Source: an uncultured archaeon (GTDB lineage Archaea; Asgardarchaeota; Thorarchaeia; Thorarchaeales; Thorarchaeaceae). From it: a DNA stretch of 64,000 nucleotides. The notes under the pieces are model-generated. The model made no database searches and was not told the origin of the DNA. It saw only the letters and a list, made by a program, of their open reading frames with translations. Shown in pieces: positions 48,871 through 58,666 of the stretch. The stretch spans positions 20,473 to 84,472 of the forward strand of contig CAYWJO010000010.1 of assembly GCA_964458565.1 (NCBI GenBank), given 5' to 3'. The translations under genes were made by a program, and so were the position numbers. Position 1 is the first letter of the stretch. Each line of letters starts with the position of its first letter.

Positions 48871-49683
48871 ATGTCAGCTTCAAGGATATTTCAAATGGGT
48901 AGGCCATTGATAATGGCGCATAGGGGAGACCCTCAAGCTGGCCCAGAGAATTCGATAGCAGCATTGAGAAATGCTGTAGAGGTGGGTTGTGATGTCCTAG
49001 AAACAGATCTAAGACTCACGAGGGATCATCATTTCATATTGTTCCACGATGAAACTCTTGATAGGTGCACAGGATACGAAGGTCTAGTTTCAAACCATGA
49101 TCTTGATGAGCTATTACAGATGGATTTAGGCTATAGCTATACTCCCGATGATGGTGAAACATTTCCGTTCCGATACAGTGGAGAAAAAATGATAACCCTT
49201 GAGGAAGCTTTTACCGAGTTTCCCAATATGCACTTCAATCTAGATATTAAAGATAAAGCTCCAGAAGCACCTAAGCTCCTAGCATCTGTTTTGGAAAGAC
49301 ACGAAATGGGTAGAAATGTAGTTGTAGGCTCGTTTCATGAGACGCAGCTTGAACGATTTAGAATACTTGCACCCAATGTTGCAACAGCTGCTCATCCTGG
49401 TGAAGTCAGTCGTTTTGTGTTTGCAGTAAAGATGTTCATGGTACCAGTCATTGCGAGGAAATGCAATTACGAGGCATTTCAAGTACCATTAAACTATGGA
49501 AGAATTAACATCATTAATGAGAGATTCATCAAAGCAGCACACAAAAAGGATGTCGCCATCCATGTCTGGACAATCAATGAGAAGGAAAAAATGGAATGGT
49601 TAATCGATCTTGGAGTCGATGGTATCTTTACAGATGATCCCAAGTTATTGAGAGAGGTATTGCAAGAAAAGGGATACCTATAG
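48871..49683 (+). CDS. Glycerophosphodiester phosphodiesterase
   Basis: AHRG, PENS, LETD, FHD.TLDR, NLDIK, VWTIN, GVDGIFTD. Confidence 0.92.
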   Translation: MSASRIFQMGRPLIMAHRGDPQAGPENSIAALRNAVEVGCDVLETDLRLTRDHHFILFHDETLDRCTGYEGLVSNHDLDELLQMDLGYSYTPDDGETFPFRYSGEKMITLEEAFTEFPNMHFNLDIKDKAPEAPKLLASVLERHEMGRNVVVGSFHETQLERFRILAPNVATAAHPGEVSRFVFAVKMFMVPVIARKCNYEAFQVPLNYGRINIINERFIKAAHKKDVAIHVWTINEKEKMEWLIDLGVDGIFTDDPKLLREVLQEKGYL

Positions 49684-49818
49684 AATCCCCAGTTTCTAGT
49701 AAAACTAGACGCAAGCGAACAAGGTTAATATGCTACAAAAAGACAAGTTCACTAGTGTCTAACCCATCCGTATAACGGAAGCGGCCAAGACTGTTTAAGA
49801 CCAATGCAGGTGTAAGAA

Positions 49819-49953
49819 ATGACATGTCCAGAGTATAACTCCGCAGATAACACATGTGGTGTAGACGGGTTCAAATTCTATCAGGGTATGCAGAAGCCTT
49901 GTGAAAGCCCAGGGATTAACAAGGAAAAATGCCCTAGATTTGCGATGAAGTAG
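49819..49953 (+). CDS. Small four-Cys protein (44 aa), probably metal-binding; not in ORF track
   Basis: AGGTG RBS then MTCPEYNSADNTCGVDGFKFYQGMQKPCESPGINKEKCPRFAMK*; TATA-like TTAATAT at 49725-49731. Confidence 0.7.
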   Translation: MTCPEYNSADNTCGVDGFKFYQGMQKPCESPGINKEKCPRFAMK

Positions 49954-49985
49954 AGTCCGGTCGTAACATCTCGTGTTTTAATACG

Positions 49986-50019
49986 ATGGGAGGGAAGATA
50001 CTAAATTCTTCCTCCCCAT
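49986..50019 (+). terminator. Imperfect stem-loop after the small four-Cys ORF
   Basis: atgggagggaaga-tactaaat-tcttcctccccat followed by a pyrimidine-rich tract. Confidence 0.5.
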
Positions 50020-50120
50020 TCATTCGTTTCTTCTCAACTGAATTTAATTGAATCATAGAAAGGACAACAGTTATCTATACAGCAATTACTCCTGACTGAT
50101 TGCATGCGGTGGTTTTGTAT

Positions 50121-50387
50121 ATGGTAAAAGCATACGTGTTGATTAAGACGGAGAGTGGTAAGGAAGACCAAGTACTGAAGGAGATTCTCGGACTCACAGT
50201 CACTGAAGAAGCTCACGAAGTATTCGGACCCTATGATATCATCGCAGAAGTAAGAGCACGTGATATGGATAGTATCGTTGACGTTGTTGTGACAAGAATC
50301 CGTAAAATCCAGGGTATAACAGATACACATTCATTAATCGCTATCGATGCAGAATTAGATGTTACCTCTACAAGTCTCGCAACTTAG
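50121..50387 (+). CDS. Stand-alone Lrp/AsnC ligand-binding (RAM) domain protein
   Basis: MVKAYVLI..ESGKE, AHEVFGPYDIIAEV, IRKIQGI..T. Confidence 0.88.
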   Translation: MVKAYVLIKTESGKEDQVLKEILGLTVTEEAHEVFGPYDIIAEVRARDMDSIVDVVVTRIRKIQGITDTHSLIAIDAELDVTSTSLAT

Positions 50388-50426
50388 GCATGGGTAGTCT
50401 ATCTGAATATTTGTTAAAAAGGATGA

Positions 50427-51269
50427 ATGACAAAGGACAATTGGACCTACAAATATTTGGAGGCTACAAGGATTTCTCCAGCTAAAACATTGTCAAGAAA
50501 ACCATTTATGTTAATGCTCCGGGACGATTCAGGAGACTTGTTTCCAGTAAAACTGGACGCAGGACTCGCGATGAGTGATAATGCAATCATCGTTCTCGAT
50601 GAATACCGTGATACTACATGGGTATGGATTGGACGTAATGTCAATATGCCTACTCGTATGCATGCACTACGAATGGGTAAATCAGTTCAGAAATCGGGAT
50701 TCAAAATTGGTGTCACAACAATCGGGATGGCTTCCACTCATCTTATTGAGATGTTGGAAAAGGATAGTGGCGATTCCGAAGTTGCTTCGAACATTGATGC
50801 ATTTCGTGAAGCAATTGGAGTGCAATGGAAATTCGAAGATCAATTTCTTGCTTTTGATCCGAGACTCTTCGATTCTGTTTCAACATCACCTATACCCGGC
50901 TCACCAGAAGCAACGGGGTATAAACCATCTGGTGCTCCTAAGCCGGTCTTTGCGGAAGCAAAACCCGAACCTACAATATCACCCTCAAAACCCGAACCTG
51001 TAATCACTCCAAAGATAACAGTCACGCGAGGGGGTGTTGAGGAGAAGGCTGCGTTTCTATTATATTCCATAGTTAAGCACGCGGATCTCGTATATACTGA
51101 ACGTTTTGAGAAGAGCGGTAAACTCGGGTTCAAAATCGAAGCACCTGGAACGATGGTTCTCGAAATAATTATGGATGGTGACAACCTCAAAATAGATCCA
51201 CCTGATTTTGGAGACTCGGATGCAGCAAAAATGATCAAATCTGAGTTCGAAGCTTGGCTACACAAGTAG
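50427..51269 (+). CDS. Gelsolin-like domain protein with Pro-rich linker and unknown C-terminal domain
   Basis: SDNAIIVLDE...TWVWIGRNVN..TRMHA resembles the gelsolin-repeat core. Confidence 0.6.
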   Translation: MTKDNWTYKYLEATRISPAKTLSRKPFMLMLRDDSGDLFPVKLDAGLAMSDNAIIVLDEYRDTTWVWIGRNVNMPTRMHALRMGKSVQKSGFKIGVTTIGMASTHLIEMLEKDSGDSEVASNIDAFREAIGVQWKFEDQFLAFDPRLFDSVSTSPIPGSPEATGYKPSGAPKPVFAEAKPEPTISPSKPEPVITPKITVTRGGVEEKAAFLLYSIVKHADLVYTERFEKSGKLGFKIEAPGTMVLEIIMDGDNLKIDPPDFGDSDAAKMIKSEFEAWLHK

Positions 51270-51288
51270 ATCTAAAAATCAATTCCTC

Positions 51289-51314
51289 TAAGGCTCTCTC
51301 ATGAGAGAGCCTTA
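51289..51314. terminator. Perfect 26-bp palindrome between convergent genes
   Basis: taaggctctctcatgagagagcctta equals its reverse complement. Confidence 0.7.
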
Positions 51315-51317
51315 ATC

Positions 51318-52076
51318 TTATTCTATAGAATAATCGCGATACCAGTAGTCGTAAATCGTTTCAAAGCCAATCTTTGAGTAGAGGGATATTGCTGGTGTAT
51401 TTAGTACTTCAGCCTGAAGGTAGACTGAATTAGACCCATAATCCCTAGCCCATATGCCAATTGCCTTGTTAACCGAGGTAGCTACTCCTTGACGTCTATA
51501 CTTCTCATTTGTAGCTAGACCAAACAACCCAACCCATTCATCCTCAATGACACCAAGTCCGACACCTGCATACTCGTCATTTAAAACACACAAAGCGAAT
51601 ACTTTCTTTCCGGGTATACGTGACATTATACCCTTTCGAATATTAACGGAAAAATCATCATGGCCTGTGCACAACTTGTATGCATCCATCCAGGAATCAG
51701 TGGGTGAGTCAGTAAGTTGAGGCATGAAGCGCGCCTCACAATTTACAATACTATCGATTTTCGCAACTTGAATGGCAACTCTAAGACCGATTTCAAAACC
51801 AGATTCTTCTAATACATCATCAATGCATTCTGGTTGGCTTGCAGGAGTAACTTGAAATCTCGGTTGAAGCGAACGTGATTGATAGAACTCGATGGATTTG
51901 TCAATAGCCTCGTGAACATCAATTAAAGGGTCACCAGCAGGATAAACACTATTTGCTCTCCTAGTCACTCCATCATTAGCTCTAAGAACCCAGTTTCCTA
52001 ATTTTACCTGCTCTTTTGCAGGCCATGCTCTCGCAGCCATAGCTTCCAAGTTCGAGATAACTTTTATGTCAGTCAA
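51318..52076 (-). CDS. GNAT acetyltransferase
   Basis: AWPA, WVLRA..GVTRRANSV, YRRQGVA, VYLQ..N.PAISLYSKIGF. Confidence 0.88.
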   Translation of the reverse strand: MTDIKVISNLEAMAARAWPAKEQVKLGNWVLRANDGVTRRANSVYPAGDPLIDVHEAIDKSIEFYQSRSLQPRFQVTPASQPECIDDVLEESGFEIGLRVAIQVAKIDSIVNCEARFMPQLTDSPTDSWMDAYKLCTGHDDFSVNIRKGIMSRIPGKKVFALCVLNDEYAGVGLGVIEDEWVGLFGLATNEKYRRQGVATSVNKAIGIWARDYGSNSVYLQAEVLNTPAISLYSKIGFETIYDYWYRDYSIE

Positions 52077-52196
52077 TGTTATGCCACATTTCCGATTTCT
52101 GCTTTTATTTCATTGGGATTCCATATCGAATGGCAAAAGCGTTTCAGTCTTAAGTAAGAGGGTAATTTCAATATTGGATTTAGAAGAGGTGAAGTA

Positions 52197-53141
52197 ATGG
52201 GTACGCTTCGCTGGAATCAAATGCTTGGAGAATGGGTAATTATTACTCCTAAACGTGCATCACGACCATTTCAGGACAAGGAGCAGATATGTCCGTTCTG
52301 TCCAGCAGGAGATGAAACAAATGGAGAGTGGGATGTACTAACAATTGATAATCGGTTTCCATCTCTGAAACTGGAGGATGGACCAATTCCATTGGATAGT
52401 GACATTGTGCTAGAAGCACCAGGATATGGGTCCTGCAAAATCATAATTCTGACACCAGAGCACGGAACGCAGATAGAATTGATGAGCAATGAGCAGATAT
52501 TGAAAGTTTTCCAAGAGTATCTCAGAGTATTTTCAGAGCTGGATTCAAAAACAGCAATTGAATACGTCTTTCAATTTGAGAATCGTGGAAACAGTATTGG
52601 GGTTAGTTTGAACCATCCACACGCACAAGTATATGCACTCCCTTACATACCTCCACGCATTCGGAGGGAATTACAGCAAGCGAAAAAAGTTTGGGATTCT
52701 GAGAATCAATGTCTGATATGTCATTCAATTAAAAAGGAACTTGAAGTAGGTGTGAGAATAATCAAAGAGTCAGATAATTTTGTAAGCATTCTCCCCTTCG
52801 CTGCAAGATTGCCTTATGAAGTTCATATCTATCCGAAAGAGCATGTAGGAAGTTTGGTTGAACTAGAGAGCTCGCTTTTGGAACTAGGACAAATGGCGAG
52901 GGACGTTATACAAAGATATTCCAAGATTTTCGATGAAACAGCCTATGTCATGGCATTTCATACACGACCTTCAATCGGAAATTACCCCTATTGGCATTTC
53001 CATATAGAATTCTATCCTCCTTGGAGAGATAGTAAAAGAATCAAGTACCTCGCTGGATTAGAAACGGGAACTTGGACATATACGAATGATTCAACTCCTG
53101 AAGAAAAAGCAATTGAGATGAGAGAGGCATTAGCAGAATGA
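52197..53141 (+). CDS. galT: Galactose-1-phosphate uridylyltransferase
   Basis: LRWN...EWV, CPFCP, NRFP, FENRG..IGVSLNHPHAQ. Confidence 0.92.
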   Translation: MGTLRWNQMLGEWVIITPKRASRPFQDKEQICPFCPAGDETNGEWDVLTIDNRFPSLKLEDGPIPLDSDIVLEAPGYGSCKIIILTPEHGTQIELMSNEQILKVFQEYLRVFSELDSKTAIEYVFQFENRGNSIGVSLNHPHAQVYALPYIPPRIRRELQQAKKVWDSENQCLICHSIKKELEVGVRIIKESDNFVSILPFAARLPYEVHIYPKEHVGSLVELESSLLELGQMARDVIQRYSKIFDETAYVMAFHTRPSIGNYPYWHFHIEFYPPWRDSKRIKYLAGLETGTWTYTNDSTPEEKAIEMREALAE

Positions 53142-54301
53142 ATGTGCCACAGAATCTCACATCTAGGTTGTATGATATCTTTGAACGAGCAAATCTACCC
53201 ATTACAGTTGCAAGAGCACCTGGTAGAATTGAAGTCCTAGGAAACCACACAGATTACAATGGTGGACTTGTATTAGCGACAACAATTAATCGCTTTATTT
53301 GGGCAGCAGGACTTTCTTCTGATGAAGTAAACCTACATTCCTTAAATCTCAATGAGTCAACAGCATTTGACCCAAAGGATCCGTATCCTCAGGTCCAATC
53401 ATCATGGAAAAATTACGCACGGGGTGTATACTGGGCACTTCGTCGAAGAGGGCATGATGTTAATGGAATCAAAGGGGCAGTGTATGGTGATATTCCAATG
53501 GAATCGGGTCTAAGTTCTTCAGCAGCATTTCAGGTGGCATTGGTGAATCTTGCTCTAACACTATCTGATAAGGAGGTGCACCCGAAAGCCAAAGCAATGA
53601 TAGCCTTTGAATCAGAGAGGCTTTTCTGTGGGATTTCATGTGGTATAATGGATCAATTCACATCACAGTTGGGTCAACCAGCCTCACTGCTCAGGATTGA
53701 GTGTCGTAGTTTGCAGACCCAAAATGTACCGTTTGATAACAAACTGCGATTCGTGGTTGTTGATTCGATGATACGTCGTGCTGCAAGTGAAGCTCTGAAT
53801 GAACGTAGAATGGAATGTCTTACAGCACTGAGCCAACTCCAAGAAGCAGGTTGGACGATTCAGAGCATCTCGGAGATAAGAGAAGAAGATTTACCCTCAT
53901 TGAAGGATCTGCTTGATGATATATTAGTAAGACGCGTAAGCCACATCGTAAATGAAAATAAACGTGTTAGAAAAGCCTCAGAAACACTTGAGCTGAAAGA
54001 ATTGGAAGAATTTGGTAAGTTAATGGTTGATTCACATAATAGTTCACGAGATCTCTATGAAGTATCACATCCCATGCTTGATTTCCTTGTTGAAACATCG
54101 CTGCGATATGATGGAGTTTTTGGTGCTCGAATGACAGGGGCTGGATTGGGGGGTAGTATAATTAGTCTTATGAAGGCAGAAAAAGTTCAAGACTATTCGG
54201 ACATGATAAGCCAAGTTTATGAGAAGGAAATTGGAGAAACACCTGAAATTATCGCATGTGAGATTCCCGGGGGTGTAATCACAGACACGGTTATTCTCTA
54301 G
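53138..54301 (+). CDS. galK: Galactokinase
   Basis: APGRIEVLGNHTDYNGG, GLSSSAA, CGIMDQ, GARMTGAGLGG. Confidence 0.92.
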   Translation: MNVPQNLTSRLYDIFERANLPITVARAPGRIEVLGNHTDYNGGLVLATTINRFIWAAGLSSDEVNLHSLNLNESTAFDPKDPYPQVQSSWKNYARGVYWALRRRGHDVNGIKGAVYGDIPMESGLSSSAAFQVALVNLALTLSDKEVHPKAKAMIAFESERLFCGISCGIMDQFTSQLGQPASLLRIECRSLQTQNVPFDNKLRFVVVDSMIRRAASEALNERRMECLTALSQLQEAGWTIQSISEIREEDLPSLKDLLDDILVRRVSHIVNENKRVRKASETLELKELEEFGKLMVDSHNSSRDLYEVSHPMLDFLVETSLRYDGVFGARMTGAGLGGSIISLMKAEKVQDYSDMISQVYEKEIGETPEIIACEIPGGVITDTVIL

Positions 54302-57120
54302 GATGTAAGAAAGCACATTTTAATCGCTCTTGGTTTGAACTGTAAGCTTGCCATAGAATCCTGTAAGCGATATGATTCCAATGTGGATCCATCAATCCGT
54401 ATCTCATCGAGTCGGCAGAATCTTTCGTTGAATCTGATCGATGTGTCAGATGATGAGTGACTCTGATTGTACAACGTTATCAGAAGACCATCTTTCCGTG
54501 ATCTTATTGAGGATATTCGAATTGCGGGGTTATCTATTTGTATCACAGGATCAAGAACCTCTTTGGGTGTTCTTGCATTCCTAAGCGATATAGAAACAGT
54601 GTCAATAGTACCTGCTTCTGCTTGATTTGCACTATATTCCATCGATTTCGTCTTTGGATGAATGACGAATCCATATCTAAATTCGTAGTTGGCCTCCATA
54701 TCCTGAGCGCCAGGAGTTTCCTCACCTGGTCCAGCGTGCATAGGTCTTTCCGGATAATCAGATCGTGACAGCCATCCAATAGACCGTAACAGGGTTAAAG
54801 AAATAGTTTGATGACTCACTACCTCAACCTCAGGTAATCCTTTGTTGAACACGGTAATTGCTTCATCGGATAATCGATTATCAATCCGGATGTAGCGTTT
54901 TTGTGGTTGAATGCCAGAAGGCAGTTCTGGGTATGTGGATTTTGTTTTTTCAAGGGTGACTGAATCTGGAATATCCTCAGGATCTGTTTTTCTCTCAATA
55001 TAACCGAAGTGTGTTTCTGTTTTGCATATCTCTGTATGAAATGATAGTTTGAAATTAATTCGTAATCTATGATCCTTTGCAGTGTTAGTTAAACGTGTTC
55101 TGATTTCGATTCGGGGTGAGTCCCGATAGAAGTGAAAATCTGATTCTACGGGAAGTTGTACTTTGCCAATTCGCTTTTCTCTAGAGGAATCTAGCTCCTG
55201 AAAAACCTCTAAAATCATATTTTGTCGAATGATTCCTATTACCGGCCCATTGGCAAGGATCTCTCGTTTTACATTTCTAATTTTTATCTTCGAAGGTTCT
55301 ACACGACCAAAGGTGTACTCATCACCCCTATCGCCTAGATCTTCAAACTCATGAAGTGAGTCATATATCTGACCTGATTTTTTATTTTCGTAGGTCAGCG
55401 TTCCATCCTTATTGAAGGTGACAGTGTAGTACTTAGTCATGACCTGGTCTCTTAGAATTGAGAGAGCTTGCCTTTCATCAGATTCCTCGAGGGATGGAAT
55501 GAATTCAGTAAATGCAAAGGCTTGTAGGGGAGCTAAAACAGCATAGCGGGTCTGGGTTGGGCGTGCAGCAAGCAAATGTATCTTCTTATAACGACCGCTG
55601 TTGAATATCTCAACTGCCTGTTGTTTTAGGTCCTTCATATCAAACTCTCCAATAGGATGAATATCAGCATTGAATCTGATTTCAAGTAGTCCAGGTTCTT
55701 CGCCATCGAAATATTCTACACCGTTGATATAGAAGCCCATCAGTTTTCTCCCAGGAATTAATTTGAGACCCATTTTTGCAGTTCTCAACCCAACGGTTGT
55801 ATCTAGAAAGACATCCTCTTTGGAATCCAGACGTTGAACATCAAAGATATCCCCACTAGATGTGGATTTAACACAATTCACAGACTCTTCTTTTGGAAAA
55901 GTGAATGTGAAGAAGAGTGGAGAGCTGTTATCATTAGTAGGGTTGAACACGGTAATCGAATTGCTATTGCTTGGTGACGTGTTCTCTTGTATCTTGTTTA
56001 ACCCATCTGAAATAATTCTCTCTGCAATTGATTCCGCCCATGAGAATCGGGATTTCATTTCTTCGTGAGTTTGATCTATGGAGCAACCACATATTGAATC
56101 ATGAGGGTGATTTCTCAGCAACCACTTCCATGCAAGTTCGATGAAACCAGTTGGATAGGTATGATTGTAGTTCAGCCAAAGATAAACACTCAGAGGTTCT
56201 GCAATGTGTATTAGAGTGTCCTCAATTTTCTGGTTCCAAATCTTAATCCACATCCTGGCGGAATATGTATTCTGAAGTAACGGAGCTCTTGAAGGGGATC
56301 TAAACTCACCATTATATTCAGGAGGCTCATAATTCGCGTTCTCAATTGCTCTACAGGTAGCATCAATATAGTCAGTGAGAACACCAAGTGAAATGTCTGT
56401 ACCATCCTTTTTCATCAAATCGATGTGATTTTTTACAAAAGGTTGAGGAAGTAGATGGTCAGAGCCATTCATCAGGAGGTATAGTGGAAATGGAGAGAAG
56501 GGTTCAAGCTCTGTAATTGCATCATTAACCATATCTTTGAAGTCTTCATAGTTTTCACTGAAACGAGATGTATTCCCGTAGCCTCCGGGCATGTAGATTC
56601 CAAGTATCGAGGTCATTGCGTTACTATGAGATTTCCACGTGAACGGAACTGTCATGATATCGGGAGGAACACCTCGCCAGAGGACTGCTGCTTTGAACTG
56701 AGTTAAATCACCAATGATTTGTGGAATAGCACTCGAATGTCCGAATTGGTCAGGGAGGTAACCTACAGGCATAAGGGGGATATTCAGAAGGGTTGCTAGA
56801 TCAAAGCTATATTCAAGATTGCGAAGTAAACTTTCAGCACCAACCAACCACTCGTCAGGAAGTAGATACCAAGGTCCAACGAAAATACGATTTTTCCTTA
56901 TTTGATTCAGAAGTTCATCCTTCCTTTCAGGACGCACTTCGAAGTAATCTTCCAATACGATGGTCTGTCCATCGAGCATAAAGATGTAATCTTGTTCCTT
57001 GAGGATATTAAGCAGGTTGTCAATCAGTTTAACTAAGTCGTATCTGAATTTTTGAAAAGGAAGATACCATTCTCGATCCCAGTGTGTATGCGGAACAACA
57101 ATTATCTTTAGCGGATTCAT
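54298..57120 (-). CDS. GH38 alpha-mannosidase / mannosylglycerate hydrolase-like
   Basis: HTHWDREWY, FMLDGQ, GPWY, YLPDQFGH, NGSDH, HPHDSICGCS, GDRGDEY. Confidence 0.9.
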   Translation of the reverse strand: MNPLKIIVVPHTHWDREWYLPFQKFRYDLVKLIDNLLNILKEQDYIFMLDGQTIVLEDYFEVRPERKDELLNQIRKNRIFVGPWYLLPDEWLVGAESLLRNLEYSFDLATLLNIPLMPVGYLPDQFGHSSAIPQIIGDLTQFKAAVLWRGVPPDIMTVPFTWKSHSNAMTSILGIYMPGGYGNTSRFSENYEDFKDMVNDAITELEPFSPFPLYLLMNGSDHLLPQPFVKNHIDLMKKDGTDISLGVLTDYIDATCRAIENANYEPPEYNGEFRSPSRAPLLQNTYSARMWIKIWNQKIEDTLIHIAEPLSVYLWLNYNHTYPTGFIELAWKWLLRNHPHDSICGCSIDQTHEEMKSRFSWAESIAERIISDGLNKIQENTSPSNSNSITVFNPTNDNSSPLFFTFTFPKEESVNCVKSTSSGDIFDVQRLDSKEDVFLDTTVGLRTAKMGLKLIPGRKLMGFYINGVEYFDGEEPGLLEIRFNADIHPIGEFDMKDLKQQAVEIFNSGRYKKIHLLAARPTQTRYAVLAPLQAFAFTEFIPSLEESDERQALSILRDQVMTKYYTVTFNKDGTLTYENKKSGQIYDSLHEFEDLGDRGDEYTFGRVEPSKIKIRNVKREILANGPVIGIIRQNMILEVFQELDSSREKRIGKVQLPVESDFHFYRDSPRIEIRTRLTNTAKDHRLRINFKLSFHTEICKTETHFGYIERKTDPEDIPDSVTLEKTKSTYPELPSGIQPQKRYIRIDNRLSDEAITVFNKGLPEVEVVSHQTISLTLLRSIGWLSRSDYPERPMHAGPGEETPGAQDMEANYEFRYGFVIHPKTKSMEYSANQAEAGTIDTVSISLRNARTPKEVLDPVIQIDNPAIRISSIRSRKDGLLITLYNQSHSSSDTSIRFNERFCRLDEIRIDGSTLESYRLQDSMASLQFKPRAIKMCFLTS

Positions 57121-57191
57121 GCTTGAACACCTAATTCTTAACATACACCGCAAGATATGTTTCTAACCATTAGTCACAAAGAATATGTGGG

Positions 57192-57938
57192 ATGTGTTTC
57201 ATGAACGAGAAGATTGAAACAATCATTGAACAATTCGCTCCGATATTGCATTTTCATCCAGATGAAGGTAAGTTCTGTTGCTATCCTTCAGATGCGAGCT
57301 TGATATACAAACAATTCTCTGATGATTGGTCGAAATTTGATGTCGATATGACTCCTACACAATTGGATACATCTGCTCCGTGCTATTACGAGTACTGGAT
57401 TGCTGAAGAGTTCATACAACTTCGATATTGGATCTGGTACAATTATAACCGGTTTCCGGGGGTGATGTTTGGGAAAGGAAGTCATCTCGGGGACTGGGAG
57501 CATATTGAAGTACGCGTCTATACAGATTTGGAAGAAAGTGAACATACCGGGATATGGTTATTATCTAATCATTTGACTGCTCGATTGACATCACGTCCCA
57601 ACCACTATACATTTGGTGAATTCATTCCTGAACAGCCCGTTCTCACTCAGAATCACATTCATGCATGAGTAGCTTTGGGGTCTCATGCACATTATCCATC
57701 ACCAAATAGTAAACCAAATTGTTTTGCTAGAATATTCTGTGACAAGATAGCAGATGAAGGGGAAATTTGGAACACTCAGCAGAATCTCGTTCTACTTAGT
57801 GATACAAACTTCTTCCTCATCAGAGGCAGATGGGGCGATGAAAAATCACCACGAAGTCCAACAAACAAGTACAACAATAGATGGAGAAATACCAGAGAGA
57901 GGCGACTGCAGTTATTCAAAGCTGTTCCGAAAGACTAG
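57192..57938 (+). pseudogene. Vps62-like protein interrupted by an in-frame TGA at 57666-57668
   Basis: The two ORF-track ORFs share one frame: FAPILHFHPDE..YP, YWIWYNYN, HLGDWEHI, HIHA*VALGSHAHY, GRWG..SPRSP. Confidence 0.75.
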
Positions 57939-58577
57939 GCAATAGCTATGGTCATAGCCATATTCATAGACACCATGACCAGGATCTGCACCTTCCCAGC
58001 AAATCACAATCTCGCGTTCAAATAGCAAATCACGTGACAATGCTCGACAGACATCCCAGGCGAATGTAGTAACAACTTCGGATTTGAGATTTGCCACTTC
58101 TACAACTATGTGACAGCCAACCTTGACAATGGTCTTTAGTTTAGAGAAAATCTCCTGCAATTCGTCAAGATATCCAAAATAAGTTCCAGGAGTCCGATCA
58201 TCTGTAAGGGGACTCATATTCCAGTTCTTGTTCATATAAACAGGAGAGCACAAAGCAAAGTCCATTTTGGGTAATTTGTATTCATCAATGAATCTAGCAT
58301 CACCTTGGATAAGATTCTCCTTATTCTTGAGTTGAGACCAAGCATAACTACATCGATCTGAATTGTGTTCAACACCATATCCTATTCGATTCATCTTTTC
58401 AGCAACGACAAGAGTTGTCCCAAACCCTGCAAAGATATCTAGTACCTTATCACCAGGCTGTGTGTATTCTTCAAGAAATACCTCTACTAAGCAGTTTGGA
58501 AAACGAATTTCACCATCTTTGAACTTGTCAGGTAGTTCATCATCAAATGTTAATGGTAGGAAAACATATGATTTCAT
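57912..58577 (-). CDS. Solitary N4/N6 amino-methyltransferase family protein
   Basis: PGDKVLDIFAGFGTT (motif I), GDAR, SPVY (motif IV). Confidence 0.75.
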   Translation of the reverse strand: MKSYVFLPLTFDDELPDKFKDGEIRFPNCLVEVFLEEYTQPGDKVLDIFAGFGTTLVVAEKMNRIGYGVEHNSDRCSYAWSQLKNKENLIQGDARFIDEYKLPKMDFALCSPVYMNKNWNMSPLTDDRTPGTYFGYLDELQEIFSKLKTIVKVGCHIVVEVANLKSEVVTTFAWDVCRALSRDLLFEREIVICWEGADPGHGVYEYGYDHSYCLVFRNSFE

Positions 58578-58666
58578 TTTTTAACAACTCTTGTGACATC
58601 TCCTTAATTTCATAAATCTACCTGTGTAAAGTTCATTGCTTGTTTTCGAGATGAGCATATGGAGAA

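Noticed and set aside
49755-50019. SRP RNA, RNase P RNA or BHB-processed RNA
   Set aside because: SRP helix-8 and RNase P GAGGAAAGUCC motifs are absent; the AAC bulges lie on the wrong side for a BHB motif; an RBS-led ORF explains the interior.
57666-57668. Selenocysteine codon
   Set aside because: Context fits an aromatic residue rather than a redox Cys, and no SECIS-like element was recognised.
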